Of a DNA stretch of 24,990 bases, positions 15,298 through 23,804 are shown one piece after another. Position 1 is the first letter of the stretch. Every line of letters begins with the position of its first letter. Source of the stretch: Patescibacteria group bacterium (GTDB lineage Bacteria > Patescibacteriota > Minisyncoccia > JAHIHE01); contig JAHIHE010000004.1 of NCBI GenBank assembly GCA_018899995.1, forward strand, positions 1-24,990. Direction: 5' to 3'. A program made the position numbers and the translations under genes. Below the pieces are notes generated by a model. The model made no database searches, was not told the DNA's origin, and was given only the letters and a program-made list of their open reading frames with translations.

Positions 15298-16795
15298 AGT
15301 AATTGTTGACAAGAGTCATCTTTTTACCTTGGGCGAAAAAATGTATCGCGAAAGCATTGAGTTTGTGCGCGAGTTGATCAATAACGCTTACGACGCCGAC
15401 GCAACTCTGGTTTATATGACAATCAGCGATGATAAAATTACAGTGGAAGACAATGGCAGCGGCATCAATGAAAAAGGGCTGGAGCAATTTTTCACCATTG
15501 GCTCGGAAGAAAAAAGAATTAGGAATGTTTCTCCCCGCTTCGGCCGAAAAAGAATCGGGCAGTTTGGAATTGGCAAATTTTCGGCGCTTTCTATAGCGGA
15601 CCAATTCATTGTGCAGAGCGTTAGGGGTAAGTATAAATATTCAGTCGTATTTGACAGAAATGATTGGAAAAAATCCGAGAGCTGGGAATTGCCGATCAAG
15701 AAAGAAAAAACCATGCCTTTTGATAAGGAAGGCACAAAAGTGATTTTGAACAAATTAACAAAGAAAGTCAATGTGGCTGAAGTGGAAAAATATCTAAAGC
15801 AGTCCGTGCCTCTACGCGCTAGAAAATTCAGCATTTACTTAAACAACAAAAAAATAACAGCCAAAGTTATTACCGGCAAGGTTATTCCAATAAATATAAA
15901 AACAATGTATGGGTTGATTGAAGGGGAAATAGTTGTGGCGCTAAACGCTCAGGATGTTGACGAACCCGGCGTTGAATGCCGGGTTAAGCAGGTATTTATC
16001 AAGCGGGAGTTGTTTGGCCTTGAAAAAAAATATCATCAGGGGCTATCGCGGATTGCGGGGAGCGTGAACGCCGATTTTCTGCCGCTCATTTCCGCCCGCA
16101 GCGATTTTATTGTTGACAAGCCGGAGTATAAATTATTTTATCAGCTTTTGCAGACGGAATTAGACAAAGTTCTTCACGACCTAAAAAAGCAAAGCGATAC
16201 CAAAAATATTCAGAAAATTACCAAAGAGCTTCAGCAAATAATGAAGCAAATAAGAGAAGCATTAATACTTAATCCAGATTTTACGCCTCAAGGCATGGCC
16301 GTTACTCGTCTCAAGAAGGAAGGAAGAAAAAATATCGCGGCGGCCAGCGCCGATCTGACACCCGAATATCAGTCCGATTCTACCAGCAAAAAAGAACAAG
16401 AGAGTAAAAAGGCGAAAAAAGACGATGGGGAAAATAAAACCTCAGAAGCGGCGGACAAAACAGATAAAAAAGATAAATTAGAGGAAGATAAAATTAAAGT
16501 CAAGCCGCTGGTGATGAAAAAAATCAGACTGCAAAAGCTGGGTATTTCCTGCGGAATAGTCGGTCTGGGTGAAAAAGGTCCTGAAGTAATAAGCCAAGGC
16601 AATGCCGTCTATATCAATCAAGATCACCCGACTTATCAAAAATTATACAAGAAAAAAAATTCGCTTGGATTGCACTTACTGCGATTGATCACTCAAGAAG
16701 TTGTTCTAATGAAAAAACTCCGCATCACCGCCCGTGAAGCGTTTGAATGGCAAAGTAAGCTGTTAAAAGACGCGATTTGCGAAGCAAAGAAGTGA
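15272..16795 (+). CDS. GHKL (HSP90/MORC-like) ATPase
   Basis: N-box ELINNAYDADA, G1 EDNGSGI, G2 IGQFGIGKFS, GTKV; charged linker; C-terminal INQDHP. Overlaps the 3' end of the radical SAM gene. Confidence 0.85.
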   Translation: MFSNPLKIKVIVDKSHLFTLGEKMYRESIEFVRELINNAYDADATLVYMTISDDKITVEDNGSGINEKGLEQFFTIGSEEKRIRNVSPRFGRKRIGQFGIGKFSALSIADQFIVQSVRGKYKYSVVFDRNDWKKSESWELPIKKEKTMPFDKEGTKVILNKLTKKVNVAEVEKYLKQSVPLRARKFSIYLNNKKITAKVITGKVIPINIKTMYGLIEGEIVVALNAQDVDEPGVECRVKQVFIKRELFGLEKKYHQGLSRIAGSVNADFLPLISARSDFIVDKPEYKLFYQLLQTELDKVLHDLKKQSDTKNIQKITKELQQIMKQIREALILNPDFTPQGMAVTRLKKEGRKNIAAASADLTPEYQSDSTSKKEQESKKAKKDDGENKTSEAADKTDKKDKLEEDKIKVKPLVMKKIRLQKLGISCGIVGLGEKGPEVISQGNAVYINQDHPTYQKLYKKKNSLGLHLLRLITQEVVLMKKLRITAREAFEWQSKLLKDAICEAKK

Positions 16796-16846
16796 TTTTG
16801 CTTGGCTGTATTTGAGGTTGTGTCTTGTGTTCACTATGACGCTATG

Positions 16847-16874
16847 TGTTTTGTAATTTCAAAATTACAAAACA
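16847..16874. terminator. AT-rich perfect hairpin in a convergent intergenic region
   Basis: TGTTTTGTAATTT-CA-AAATTACAAAACA. Confidence 0.4.
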
Positions 16875-16882
16875 GTTTTAAG

Positions 16883-16910
16883 TAGTATGGTAATATGTAT
16901 TATCATACTA
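16883..16910. repeat. 28-bp palindrome (copy 3)
   Basis: Identical to copies 1 and 2; lies between two convergent 3' ends. Confidence 0.95.
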
Positions 16911-17045
16911 TTAGCTTTTAAAATAAATAATAAGATAAATAAACTGGTTTCTGAATTTAAAAAAAGAAAGTGAAAATTTAAAAATAGATGTCTCTAAAAA
17001 TTATTTAAATAAAACTAAATTAAAAAATAAAAAAAGCAGAAAGGA

Positions 17046-17282
17046 CTAATAATGTCTTTCTGCGTGAACAACTATTTCAGGTGTAAAACTATAGAGTCCG
17101 GTAATAATTTGCTTTGTTACTTTTAACACTTTTATTGCCGTATAGTTGCCAGATTTGATAGTTAGCGAAGGAAATTCTACCACATCCCCTTCTTTAAAAA
17201 AAACACTATCTGCTTCTGTTGTTATTTTTTCCGGTAAGTTTTCATCTCTTTTTATATCTATATAAATTTTTACCAGTACCAT
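17046..17282 (-). CDS. Small hypothetical protein
   Basis: 78 aa; GGAGGTG-like SD upstream; starts 14 bp after the elp3 stop. Confidence 0.6.
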   Translation of the reverse strand: MVLVKIYIDIKRDENLPEKITTEADSVFFKEGDVVEFPSLTIKSGNYTAIKVLKVTKQIITGLYSFTPEIVVHAERHY

Positions 17283-17296
17283 TTTTTCACCTCCAT

Positions 17297-19057
17297 TTAC
17301 AAAGACTTTACCATATATTCATCTTTTAGTCCATACCCCAGTTTTCGATAATAATCGCGGACTCCCACTCCGGAGATAACCGCGATTTTTTTTATTTTAA
17401 ATTCGTCACGCGCGATTCTTTCGGCTTCGGCGATTAATTGCTTGCCAAGTCCGATATGTTGGGCTGCTGTTTTTGATTTCTTCGCAATCGGCACGGTTTG
17501 GCCATAGGTATGCACTTCGCGGATAATCGCCGCGTTTTGTAAGGCGCCAATAAAATGTTTTTTAGAAGGCTTGTCCTCCGAAGCCCGAAAGGCGAAGGAG
17601 GGGATTCGTAGGCGCAAAAGCGCGAATAATTTATCTTTTTTAGTATCCTCAAAAGATAAAAATATTTCTTTTCCGCCAGACGCATTATAATTTCGCCTAA
17701 CAATTTTCAAACTTTTCACTTTAACTTTTTGCGCCCGAGGCGCATCCGCCTTTGGCGGAAACTTTTCACTTTTAACTTCTTTGATTTCTCGGCAGCGGAT
17801 ACAGCGGCAACGCAGAACATCTTGGCGTGTTTTTTGTTCAATAATTTGCCTAAGATTGGAAATCTTGCTTCCGGCAATAATGCTTTGTGCGGGAATATCG
17901 CGCACAAGCCGCATAATTCGGACATACGGTGGAATGCCTTTTTTAATGTCAATCAAAAGGTTAAGAAGTTTTTTGTCCGAATACGGCTTGTATTTGCCCC
18001 GTTTCCACCAATTGTAAAGCTTGGAATTTTTGACCACGACAGTCGGGTAAATTTTTAAAATGTCCGGCTGAAAATCGGGATTGGCGAATATTTCCTTAAA
18101 CATTTTTTTGTCGCGGACCATTGTCGCGCCGGGCAAGTTGGGCATCAAGTGATAGTTTATTTTAAACCCGGCATCTTTCAAAAGTTTTGTCGCACAAATT
18201 GTTTGGCTGACATTATGCCCGCGCCTGTTTAGTTTCAAAACATCATCGTAAATGCTTTGTACTCCCAGCTCAACGCGCGTTCCCCCAAGTTCGCGGAGTT
18301 TAAGAATTTCTTTTTCGTTTATATAATCCGGCCGAGTTTCAACGGTTATTCCCACAATTCTATGTTTCGCTTTTTCGTTCAGCTGCTGCGCTTTTTTTAG
18401 CGTTTGTGATTTAGAATTTGGGGTTTGTCCCTCGACTCCGCTCGGGATGGTGAGCATGTCAAACCATTTGGGATTTGTGATTTGCTTGCCCGCCATAGCT
18501 TTAGCGAAGGTGGGGGCTTTGGAATTTGCGGCAAAAGTATTTGCCGATTGATAGCATCTTTTAACAAACCACAACCGGTATTTATCAGGCAATGATCCGA
18601 ATGTTCCGCCGATAATTATTAGTTCTATCTTGTCAATTGGGTGTCCGGAATTTTCCAGCGCCTGAAGCCGCATTTTTACCTGTTTATACGGGTCAAATTT
18701 GTTTAAAATGGCGCGCATCACCGCCGGCTCGTTGGAAAGATAACTTTTTGGCATTCCTTTTTCCGTGGGGCAATAAAGGCATTTTCCCGGACAGCCAAAG
18801 TCCTTTGTAAGCACAGCAACCACAACTACGCCGGATTGGGAGCGGACTTTGCGCACTTTTAGCAGATTTTCAATGCTGGCGCTCCTTTTGGTTTCACCGT
18901 TTTTTATCATTGAATAATACGCTTTGAGGAGTATAATGTTTGTAGGGATTTTTACCTTATTTTTCTTGGAAAAATTTCGCTTCAATGCAGAAAGAGCATC
19001 AGGTGTGCTGATTTTTTCTTTGATAATTTCTTTGATAATTTGGCGGTTAATAGTCAT
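17297..19057 (-). CDS. elp3: Elp3-family radical SAM/GNAT tRNA wobble-uridine modification enzyme
   Basis: CPGKCLYCP, GGTF, ETRPD, ELGVQS, LKIYPT, CRCIRCRE, REVHTYG, QHIGLGKQL, ISGVGVRDYYRKLGY. Confidence 0.93.
   Translation of the reverse strand: MTINRQIIKEIIKEKISTPDALSALKRNFSKKNKVKIPTNIILLKAYYSMIKNGETKRSASIENLLKVRKVRSQSGVVVVAVLTKDFGCPGKCLYCPTEKGMPKSYLSNEPAVMRAILNKFDPYKQVKMRLQALENSGHPIDKIELIIIGGTFGSLPDKYRLWFVKRCYQSANTFAANSKAPTFAKAMAGKQITNPKWFDMLTIPSGVEGQTPNSKSQTLKKAQQLNEKAKHRIVGITVETRPDYINEKEILKLRELGGTRVELGVQSIYDDVLKLNRRGHNVSQTICATKLLKDAGFKINYHLMPNLPGATMVRDKKMFKEIFANPDFQPDILKIYPTVVVKNSKLYNWWKRGKYKPYSDKKLLNLLIDIKKGIPPYVRIMRLVRDIPAQSIIAGSKISNLRQIIEQKTRQDVLRCRCIRCREIKEVKSEKFPPKADAPRAQKVKVKSLKIVRRNYNASGGKEIFLSFEDTKKDKLFALLRLRIPSFAFRASEDKPSKKHFIGALQNAAIIREVHTYGQTVPIAKKSKTAAQHIGLGKQLIAEAERIARDEFKIKKIAVISGVGVRDYYRKLGYGLKDEYMVKSL
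17570..17602 (-). repeat. 33-bp in-frame palindromic insert in elp3 (PSFAFRASEDK)
   Basis: Minus strand CCCTCCTTCGCCTTTCGGGCTTCGGAGGACAAG; removing it restores RLRI-PSKK. Confidence 0.8.
17730..17759 (-). repeat. 30-bp double-hairpin insert in elp3
   Basis: TGCGCC-CGA-GGCGCA abutting TCCGCC-TTT-GGCGGA, flanked by 14-bp direct repeats AAACTTTTCACTTT (17709, 17759). Confidence 0.8.
18428..18514 (-). repeat. Two palindromic inserts embedded in CAAAT-heptamer repeats in elp3
   Basis: 18428-18466 (minus TGGTTTGACATGCTCACCATCCCGAGCGGAGTCGAGGGA) and 18485-18514 (minus CCCACCTTCGCTAAAGCTATGGCGGGCAAG). Confidence 0.75.
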
Positions 19058-19128
19058 TATTGTTTGATAGCAATGTTTTAATTTTTTGTTTGTTGGATTA
19101 TTTCATTTACTATTATTCTGCCTTTCTA

Positions 19129-19241
19129 TTTTACGTCACCGGCGGTCGTCGCGCTCCTGCGGCGCGCCGCCGCCTACGCTCTCGGCAGTAAAAGTCCTTA
19201 CGGACACCAAGCTTTTACCGCCTGCGAGAGTTGCCGTAAAA
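19129..19241. other. GC-rich multi-hairpin element between divergent elp3 and methyltransferase genes
   Basis: Outer TTTTACG/CGTAAAA; CTCTCG/CGAGAG; GCAGTAAAAG/CTTTTACCGC; inner TCC-TTAC-GGA; plus a GGCGG...CCGCC hairpin. Confidence 0.6.
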
Positions 19242-19288
19242 TATAAAGGCAGAATTTACAATTTCCGTGTTTTTAAATAAATTGCTTT

Positions 19289-20056
19289 ATGAATCTTGAA
19301 TACGCAAAATGCTTAATGGAAAAAACCAAGCGGGACTATGACGAAATTGCCGAGGAATTTTCCGCTACTCGAAAAACAATGTGGCCCGAACTTGCTGATT
19401 TAGACAAATATGTGAAAGCGGGCGATAAAGTTTTGGATATCGGATGCGGCAACGGCCGGCTTTTTGGTTATCTCTTGGAAAGAGTTAAAAACTTTTCCTA
19501 TGTCGGAATTGATGTTTCGGAAAAACTGATAGATATTGCCAAAGGTTTTACTTGGAGGTTGATCCTCCAAGAGGATGCCCAACCTCCAAGCGTTGATTTT
19601 AAAGTTTTTAACGGAATTAATATTCCGTATCCGACTAACAGTTTTGACGCAGTATTTTGTCTGGCGACTTTGCCGCATTTGCCATGCGAAGAACTGCGCC
19701 TTAAATTCCTGCAAAACATCAAAAAAGCGGTTAAGCCCGGCGGTTTGCTGATTATAACTTGCTGGAATCTTTGGCAATTTAAGTTTATATCAAATCAGAT
19801 TAAAATGATAGCCAATTTTATCACAGATAAGATTTCGGGCAAGGGCCGATACGGTTGGGGCGATTTTTACATTCCTTGGCGCAAGCGCGACGGGAAAATA
19901 ATCCACCGATATTACCATTCATTCACGCAAAAGGAGCTTAGCTCCTTATTGAAAAAATCCGGCTGGGAAATAAAGGAATTGGGTTACAAAAAGCGACATA
20001 ACGCGAAAAATTTTAATCTTTTCGCGGTGGCTTGCCCCGTATCAATTCTTAAATAA
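19289..20056 (+). CDS. Class I SAM-dependent methyltransferase
   Basis: VLDIGCGNGRL motif I, YVGIDVS, FDAVFCLATLPHL, VKPGGLLIITCW. Confidence 0.9.
   Translation: MNLEYAKCLMEKTKRDYDEIAEEFSATRKTMWPELADLDKYVKAGDKVLDIGCGNGRLFGYLLERVKNFSYVGIDVSEKLIDIAKGFTWRLILQEDAQPPSVDFKVFNGINIPYPTNSFDAVFCLATLPHLPCEELRLKFLQNIKKAVKPGGLLIITCWNLWQFKFISNQIKMIANFITDKISGKGRYGWGDFYIPWRKRDGKIIHRYYHSFTQKELSSLLKKSGWEIKELGYKKRHNAKNFNLFAVACPVSILK
19551..19590. repeat. Nested palindrome inside the methyltransferase ORF
   Basis: CTTGGAGGTTG / CAACCTCCAAG (11-bp perfect stem) enclosing ATCCTC-CAA-GAGGAT. Confidence 0.8.
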
Positions 20057-20262
20057 ATCTTGCCTATAGGTATTAAAAATAGCCGATAGGCGATACCGAG
20101 GGAGATAATTTTTTATTAAATAATCTTGTTTCGGAATTTGATATGGGGCGGGAAAGCCGGTGGTGGCGAGAAAGTCGTAATAAATTTGTAAAATTAACAG
20201 GCCAGAGATCGCCTTTAAACCCTTTAAAATAAAGGTTTTTTGCGTTTTTGGGGCAAGGGGGC

Positions 20263-20290
20263 GTGACAGATTCTGTGAATATGCTATACT
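20263..20290 (+). promoter_or_regulatory. Putative sigma70 promoter reading into the structured repeat array
   Basis: GTGACA 20263-20268, 16-bp spacer, extended -10 TG-C-TATACT (20282-20290). Confidence 0.45.
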
Positions 20291-20388
20291 GGGGAGTTCT
20301 GAAAATGAGAAAGTAAATGCAGTTGGCGATAAGCACAATTATAAAAAGAGAGGAAAGAATGTCCAGCCACGTTCATTCTTTCCCTCTT

Positions 20389-20461
20389 AATTCTCCAAGT
20401 TTATCTTAATTAAAAAGGTAATCTTAGAAAAGCTTTTAAGAAAAAATCTTGAAGGCCTAAA
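20389..20461 (+). repeat. Structured two-hairpin repeat, copy 1
   Basis: AATTCTCCAAG...TTAGAAAA-GCTTTTAAGA/TCTTGAAGGC-CTAAA. Confidence 0.85.
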
Positions 20462-20642
20462 TTGCACATTGAAAAATATAAAAAACCACCCCCATTCATT
20501 TTTATTTTTTCCTTGTCGGGTTTTGGCGCAAAGAGGCTAAAAAAGTTTTGGCCTTCCCGCGCCGAGACTCGACTGGATTTTTTCAGTTTTTTAGTTGAGT
20601 TCTTGGCGAAACTGATTGTAAAAAAAATTGGAGGGAAAAAAT

Positions 20643-21038
20643 ATGAAAAATATCAGAAAAAGGTTTGAAAGACTGATAAGAATTTGCACCAATAATGTCG
20701 GCTGCAAATTCAGCCAGGAATATACAAGACTGGCTATGCAGTCTGAAGAAAACTTCAAGGTAGCTCTTGAAGTAAAAGAAGAGTGGAACAAGTGTCACAG
20801 GATAGACTTCAGGCTTCCAGATACGGAATGTATGAAATACGTCCTGGGATACACGTCTTCCTGGATAGCGAAGGAAGATGTTAAATTCCTTCGAATTGAA
20901 AAAAGGTGTGCACCCGATTGGGGGACGTATGAAGGCGGCGAGTATGAAGTCGCCGTCTATGAAGTAAACGGGGAAGAAAAAATGGCCACCGATTGGGACC
21001 CCGAAACTATGAGACCACTCCCGATGGGGTGCTCATAA
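20643..21038 (+). CDS. Hypothetical protein (cargo between repeats 1 and 2)
   Basis: GGAGG SD at 20630-20634 before ATG 20643; no recognisable motif. Confidence 0.7.
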   Translation: MKNIRKRFERLIRICTNNVGCKFSQEYTRLAMQSEENFKVALEVKEEWNKCHRIDFRLPDTECMKYVLGYTSSWIAKEDVKFLRIEKRCAPDWGTYEGGEYEVAVYEVNGEEKMATDWDPETMRPLPMGCS

Positions 21039-21107
21039 AAAGTAAAAAGGTTGTCTGGCAAGCACTTGCCGGGCATGGGAAAGTACCTTAAATCTAAAAT
21101 CTTTCCC

Positions 21108-21179
21108 AATTTTTCCAAGTTTATCTTAAATGAAAGGTAAATTTAGAAAAGCTTTTAAGAAAAAACTTGAAAGCCTCAA
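21108..21179 (+). repeat. Structured two-hairpin repeat, copy 2
   Basis: AATTTTTCCAAGTTTATCTT...AAGGTAAATTTAGAAAA-GCTTTTAAG/CTTGAAAGC-CTCAA. Confidence 0.85.
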
Positions 21180-21345
21180 GTCTTCAAATCGCGGAAACGC
21201 GAAGAGAAGCATGCACATTGATAAAAAGGAAAGGTTATTAAAGGGTTTATCTTCGGGGTAATTTTGGTCGCTAATTTTAACGGCCAGAATTACCCTGAAG
21301 ATCGCCAAAAGTTTTGGTTGAATTGGAGGGGATGGAGGAAAAGAT

Positions 21346-22014
21346 ATGAAACACATAATAATTTCAGACAAATGGCAGTTTGGAACAGACCCGTTCCCGG
21401 CGTACAGGTGTAGTCTGGTTTATGGCCGGAATCAGAGAGACCGCGAGTTTCTGCCAACAAACGGAATTACTCCAACCGAGTTTGCCGTTTTTAAAAGCGG
21501 CCATGAGAAACAGGGTCCCGAATACAAGGGTACACTTGACGGAGCCCGGAAGGTGGCCGATGAATGGAATAAGGATCATCCGAAAGGGACATATGCTCAG
21601 GCGTATGTAACACACCATGGTGTTTTGCCCGAGAATAAATTTTGTGTCATCAAGACACAAGAAAAAGGCACCATTCTTGCAGTGTCCGGAGAAGACAAGA
21701 CAAATAGATGCCTGCTGTTTGTCGGATGCGCTGGTGGATTCCGTGGTGGAGTATCTGTCTTAACAGACGGAACCACAGGAACAATCCTAATCAAATGTTC
21801 CGCAGGCAACGCCTGCGAAAGTAGTGTTGAGGCCATTGCGATACTCGCGATTGGCCAGTCAATTGCGTTCCATACCAGCGGACGCCGAACCAATGAGGTA
21901 TACCAATACCTCTGGAACGGAAAAGAAGTGGAAAAGAAGCACTACTCCAAAGCCGAATGGGACAGTCGTTCTGTGGCAATAGCGCCACAAACTGCAAAGG
22001 CAGAAGTTCTTTAA
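21346..22014 (+). CDS. Hypothetical protein (cargo)
   Basis: 222 aa; GGAGG SD upstream; visibly more GC-rich than the flanks. Confidence 0.8.
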   Translation: MKHIIISDKWQFGTDPFPAYRCSLVYGRNQRDREFLPTNGITPTEFAVFKSGHEKQGPEYKGTLDGARKVADEWNKDHPKGTYAQAYVTHHGVLPENKFCVIKTQEKGTILAVSGEDKTNRCLLFVGCAGGFRGGVSVLTDGTTGTILIKCSAGNACESSVEAIAILAIGQSIAFHTSGRRTNEVYQYLWNGKEVEKKHYSKAEWDSRSVAIAPQTAKAEVL

Positions 22015-22146
22015 AAAAGAACTTCTAAATAAATTTTTAACCTTTCCTTTTTTCCTTCGAATTCATTTTGAATGCAAAGTGGATTCAAAGGAGGAAATTT
22101 GTTCTTTTCAAAAAAATAATAGCAGGGAGAAAATTGATTGCTTTTC

Positions 22147-22234
22147 TGTCAGAGGCGTAAAGCGCCGAATGACCTTTCACGAATGCGAGGGGTCGCACAT
22201 TCGTGCGGGATTCTTCGCTTCGCTCAGAATGACA
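22147..22234. repeat. CGTC-type REP pair (TGTCA...TGACA)
   Basis: Right half GGATTCTTCGCTTCGCTCAGAATGAC; central CACGAATG/CATTCGTG hairpin. Confidence 0.7.
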
Positions 22235-22315
22235 ATTATAAAAAACGGTCAGTTTTATCCCTGCTATAAAGAAAATTAGAAAAGAAACGCGGGGAGAAGG
22301 AATAAGTGATTAGAA

Positions 22316-23173
22316 ATGGTAGAATACAGATTTTTACAGTTGGACCCGCGGTCCAAAGAACAGACGGAAATCTTTATGGGGATTGAGGTTACAATCCCGA
22401 ATGTGGAAATAACATCGGGAATAAATCTCGATCATCACGGGAAAGATGATACAGCCGAAACCCCAGCGGCTTGCGAGCAGGCGCTTCAGGCGGAGTTACC
22501 GCCAGAAGACGCAACGATAGCCACGGTCCGAACCGACCAGGACAGTATTACCGCAATGGCGGTAATAGCTAACCGGGCGATCGGGCGAAAAGTGGACGAA
22601 TTAGTCGTCAGGGCAGTCGGTCTTATGGACCGGTATGGTCCCAAGGTTGAAGAGCAGCTCCGCCATGATTTGGTGGTAGCGATAGCCCGGAAGGCGGCGG
22701 ATTTCAAGGTTCCGCTTGACCAGCGAGTGGCTTTTGTCCAAGCTTGCTTGGATGGAACCTATAATCCCGAGGAAATTGCTTTACTTGTTGAAGCGCGGAA
22801 TCGAGAGTTTGAGGGGTCCCGGAAGGCAAGTCAGGTCAAAACGGCCGCCGGTGGCAGAATTGCGGTAGTTGTGTCAACGCACCGTTTTGCAACTAATCTG
22901 GGCTACGAAGTAGCGCCAGTAGTGGTTGCAACGAATCCGTCTATGCCGGTGATTGGCGAAAGTGGAAAGCCCGTAGGAGAAACCTATCTCAAGCACACAG
23001 TTTGCAGATGGGATTCAAATGTTCCGGTTGATCTTGAAGGAGCTTTGAAAGAGTTTCAAAGCATTGAACCGGGCTGGGGCGGCAGAGGCGATATCTTCGG
23101 CTCGCCACAAGGCGTGTCGTCAAAGCTTACCACCGAACAAGTGGTAGGAATGGTGGAGAAATATCTCCACTAA
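22316..23173 (+). CDS. Hypothetical protein with DHH-like phosphoesterase motifs
   Basis: NLDHHG, DQDS and C-terminal GWGGRGDIFGSP; family assignment uncertain. Confidence 0.55.
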   Translation: MVEYRFLQLDPRSKEQTEIFMGIEVTIPNVEITSGINLDHHGKDDTAETPAACEQALQAELPPEDATIATVRTDQDSITAMAVIANRAIGRKVDELVVRAVGLMDRYGPKVEEQLRHDLVVAIARKAADFKVPLDQRVAFVQACLDGTYNPEEIALLVEARNREFEGSRKASQVKTAAGGRIAVVVSTHRFATNLGYEVAPVVVATNPSMPVIGESGKPVGETYLKHTVCRWDSNVPVDLEGALKEFQSIEPGWGGRGDIFGSPQGVSSKLTTEQVVGMVEKYLH

Positions 23174-23288
23174 AGAGAAAGGACGGACTTAATCCATCCA
23201 AAAGCACTTTTGGAGCAGAAAGATAAAATGAAATGAAGGAAGTTTTGCGAAAGCGAAATTTCCCGATTATCTTGTTTTTCTGCTCCTC

Positions 23289-23359
23289 AATTTTTCTAAG
23301 TTCGTAAAATTTTTTGCGGATTTAGAAAAGCTCTCAAGAAAAAAGCTTGAAAGCCTAAA
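23289..23359 (+). repeat. Structured two-hairpin repeat, copy 3
   Basis: AATTTTTCTAAGTTCGTAAAA...TTTTGCGGATTTAGAAAA-GCTCTCAAG/CTTGAAAGC-CTAAA. Confidence 0.85.
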
Positions 23360-23377
23360 AATGTTCTTTTTAAAATA

Positions 23378-23800
23378 TTATTTTTTGAAGCGATTCAGAA
23401 ATTGCCGCGGAGTAAGAACTGGAATATTTTGAAAAGATTTTAGTTTCAGCAGATGTTTGTCGCCTGAGATAATAAAATCAGCTTCGGAATTTAGGGCGCA
23501 ATCCAAGATTATATTATCCGATGGATCATCTTTGATAATTTTTAATGGTTTTTCTGATGAGGAAAAAATTAAACAATCATTTATAATTGCTTTGATTATT
23601 TTTTCTGCCGTTAAGTTAATTTTTAGCAGAGGAATAGCAAATTTTGGATAATTTAAAACGCGAGTTATTTCTTGGATTATTTGAAGATTGATAGATACTG
23701 TAATTTGATTTTTCCGGAATAAAGCATAAAGAGATTCTAATTCTTTGTTTCGCCAAATAAGCATTGAAATAAAAATATTTGTGTCAAAAACAACCCTCAT
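23378..23800 (-). CDS. PIN-domain toxin (COG1569-like)
   Basis: MRVVFDTNIFIS, DDPSDNIILDCAL, DFIISGDKHLL. Start moved to ATG 23800. Confidence 0.9.
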   Translation of the reverse strand: MRVVFDTNIFISMLIWRNKELESLYALFRKNQITVSINLQIIQEITRVLNYPKFAIPLLKINLTAEKIIKAIINDCLIFSSSEKPLKIIKDDPSDNIILDCALNSEADFIISGDKHLLKLKSFQNIPVLTPRQFLNRFKK

Positions 23801-23804
23801 AAAA

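Noticed and set aside
20042-20338. ORFs 20042-20338(-) and 20073-20336(-) as an integrase for the array
   Set aside because: Too short, with no tyrosine- or serine-recombinase motifs; probably non-coding.
20414-20470. c-di-GMP-I (GEMM) riboswitch, suggested by GGTAAA, AAAGC, GGCCTAAA and CAGCC words
   Set aside because: Order and spacing do not fit: there is no GNRA hairpin between GGYAAA and AAAGC, and a full hairpin sits where the riboswitch has about 4 nt.
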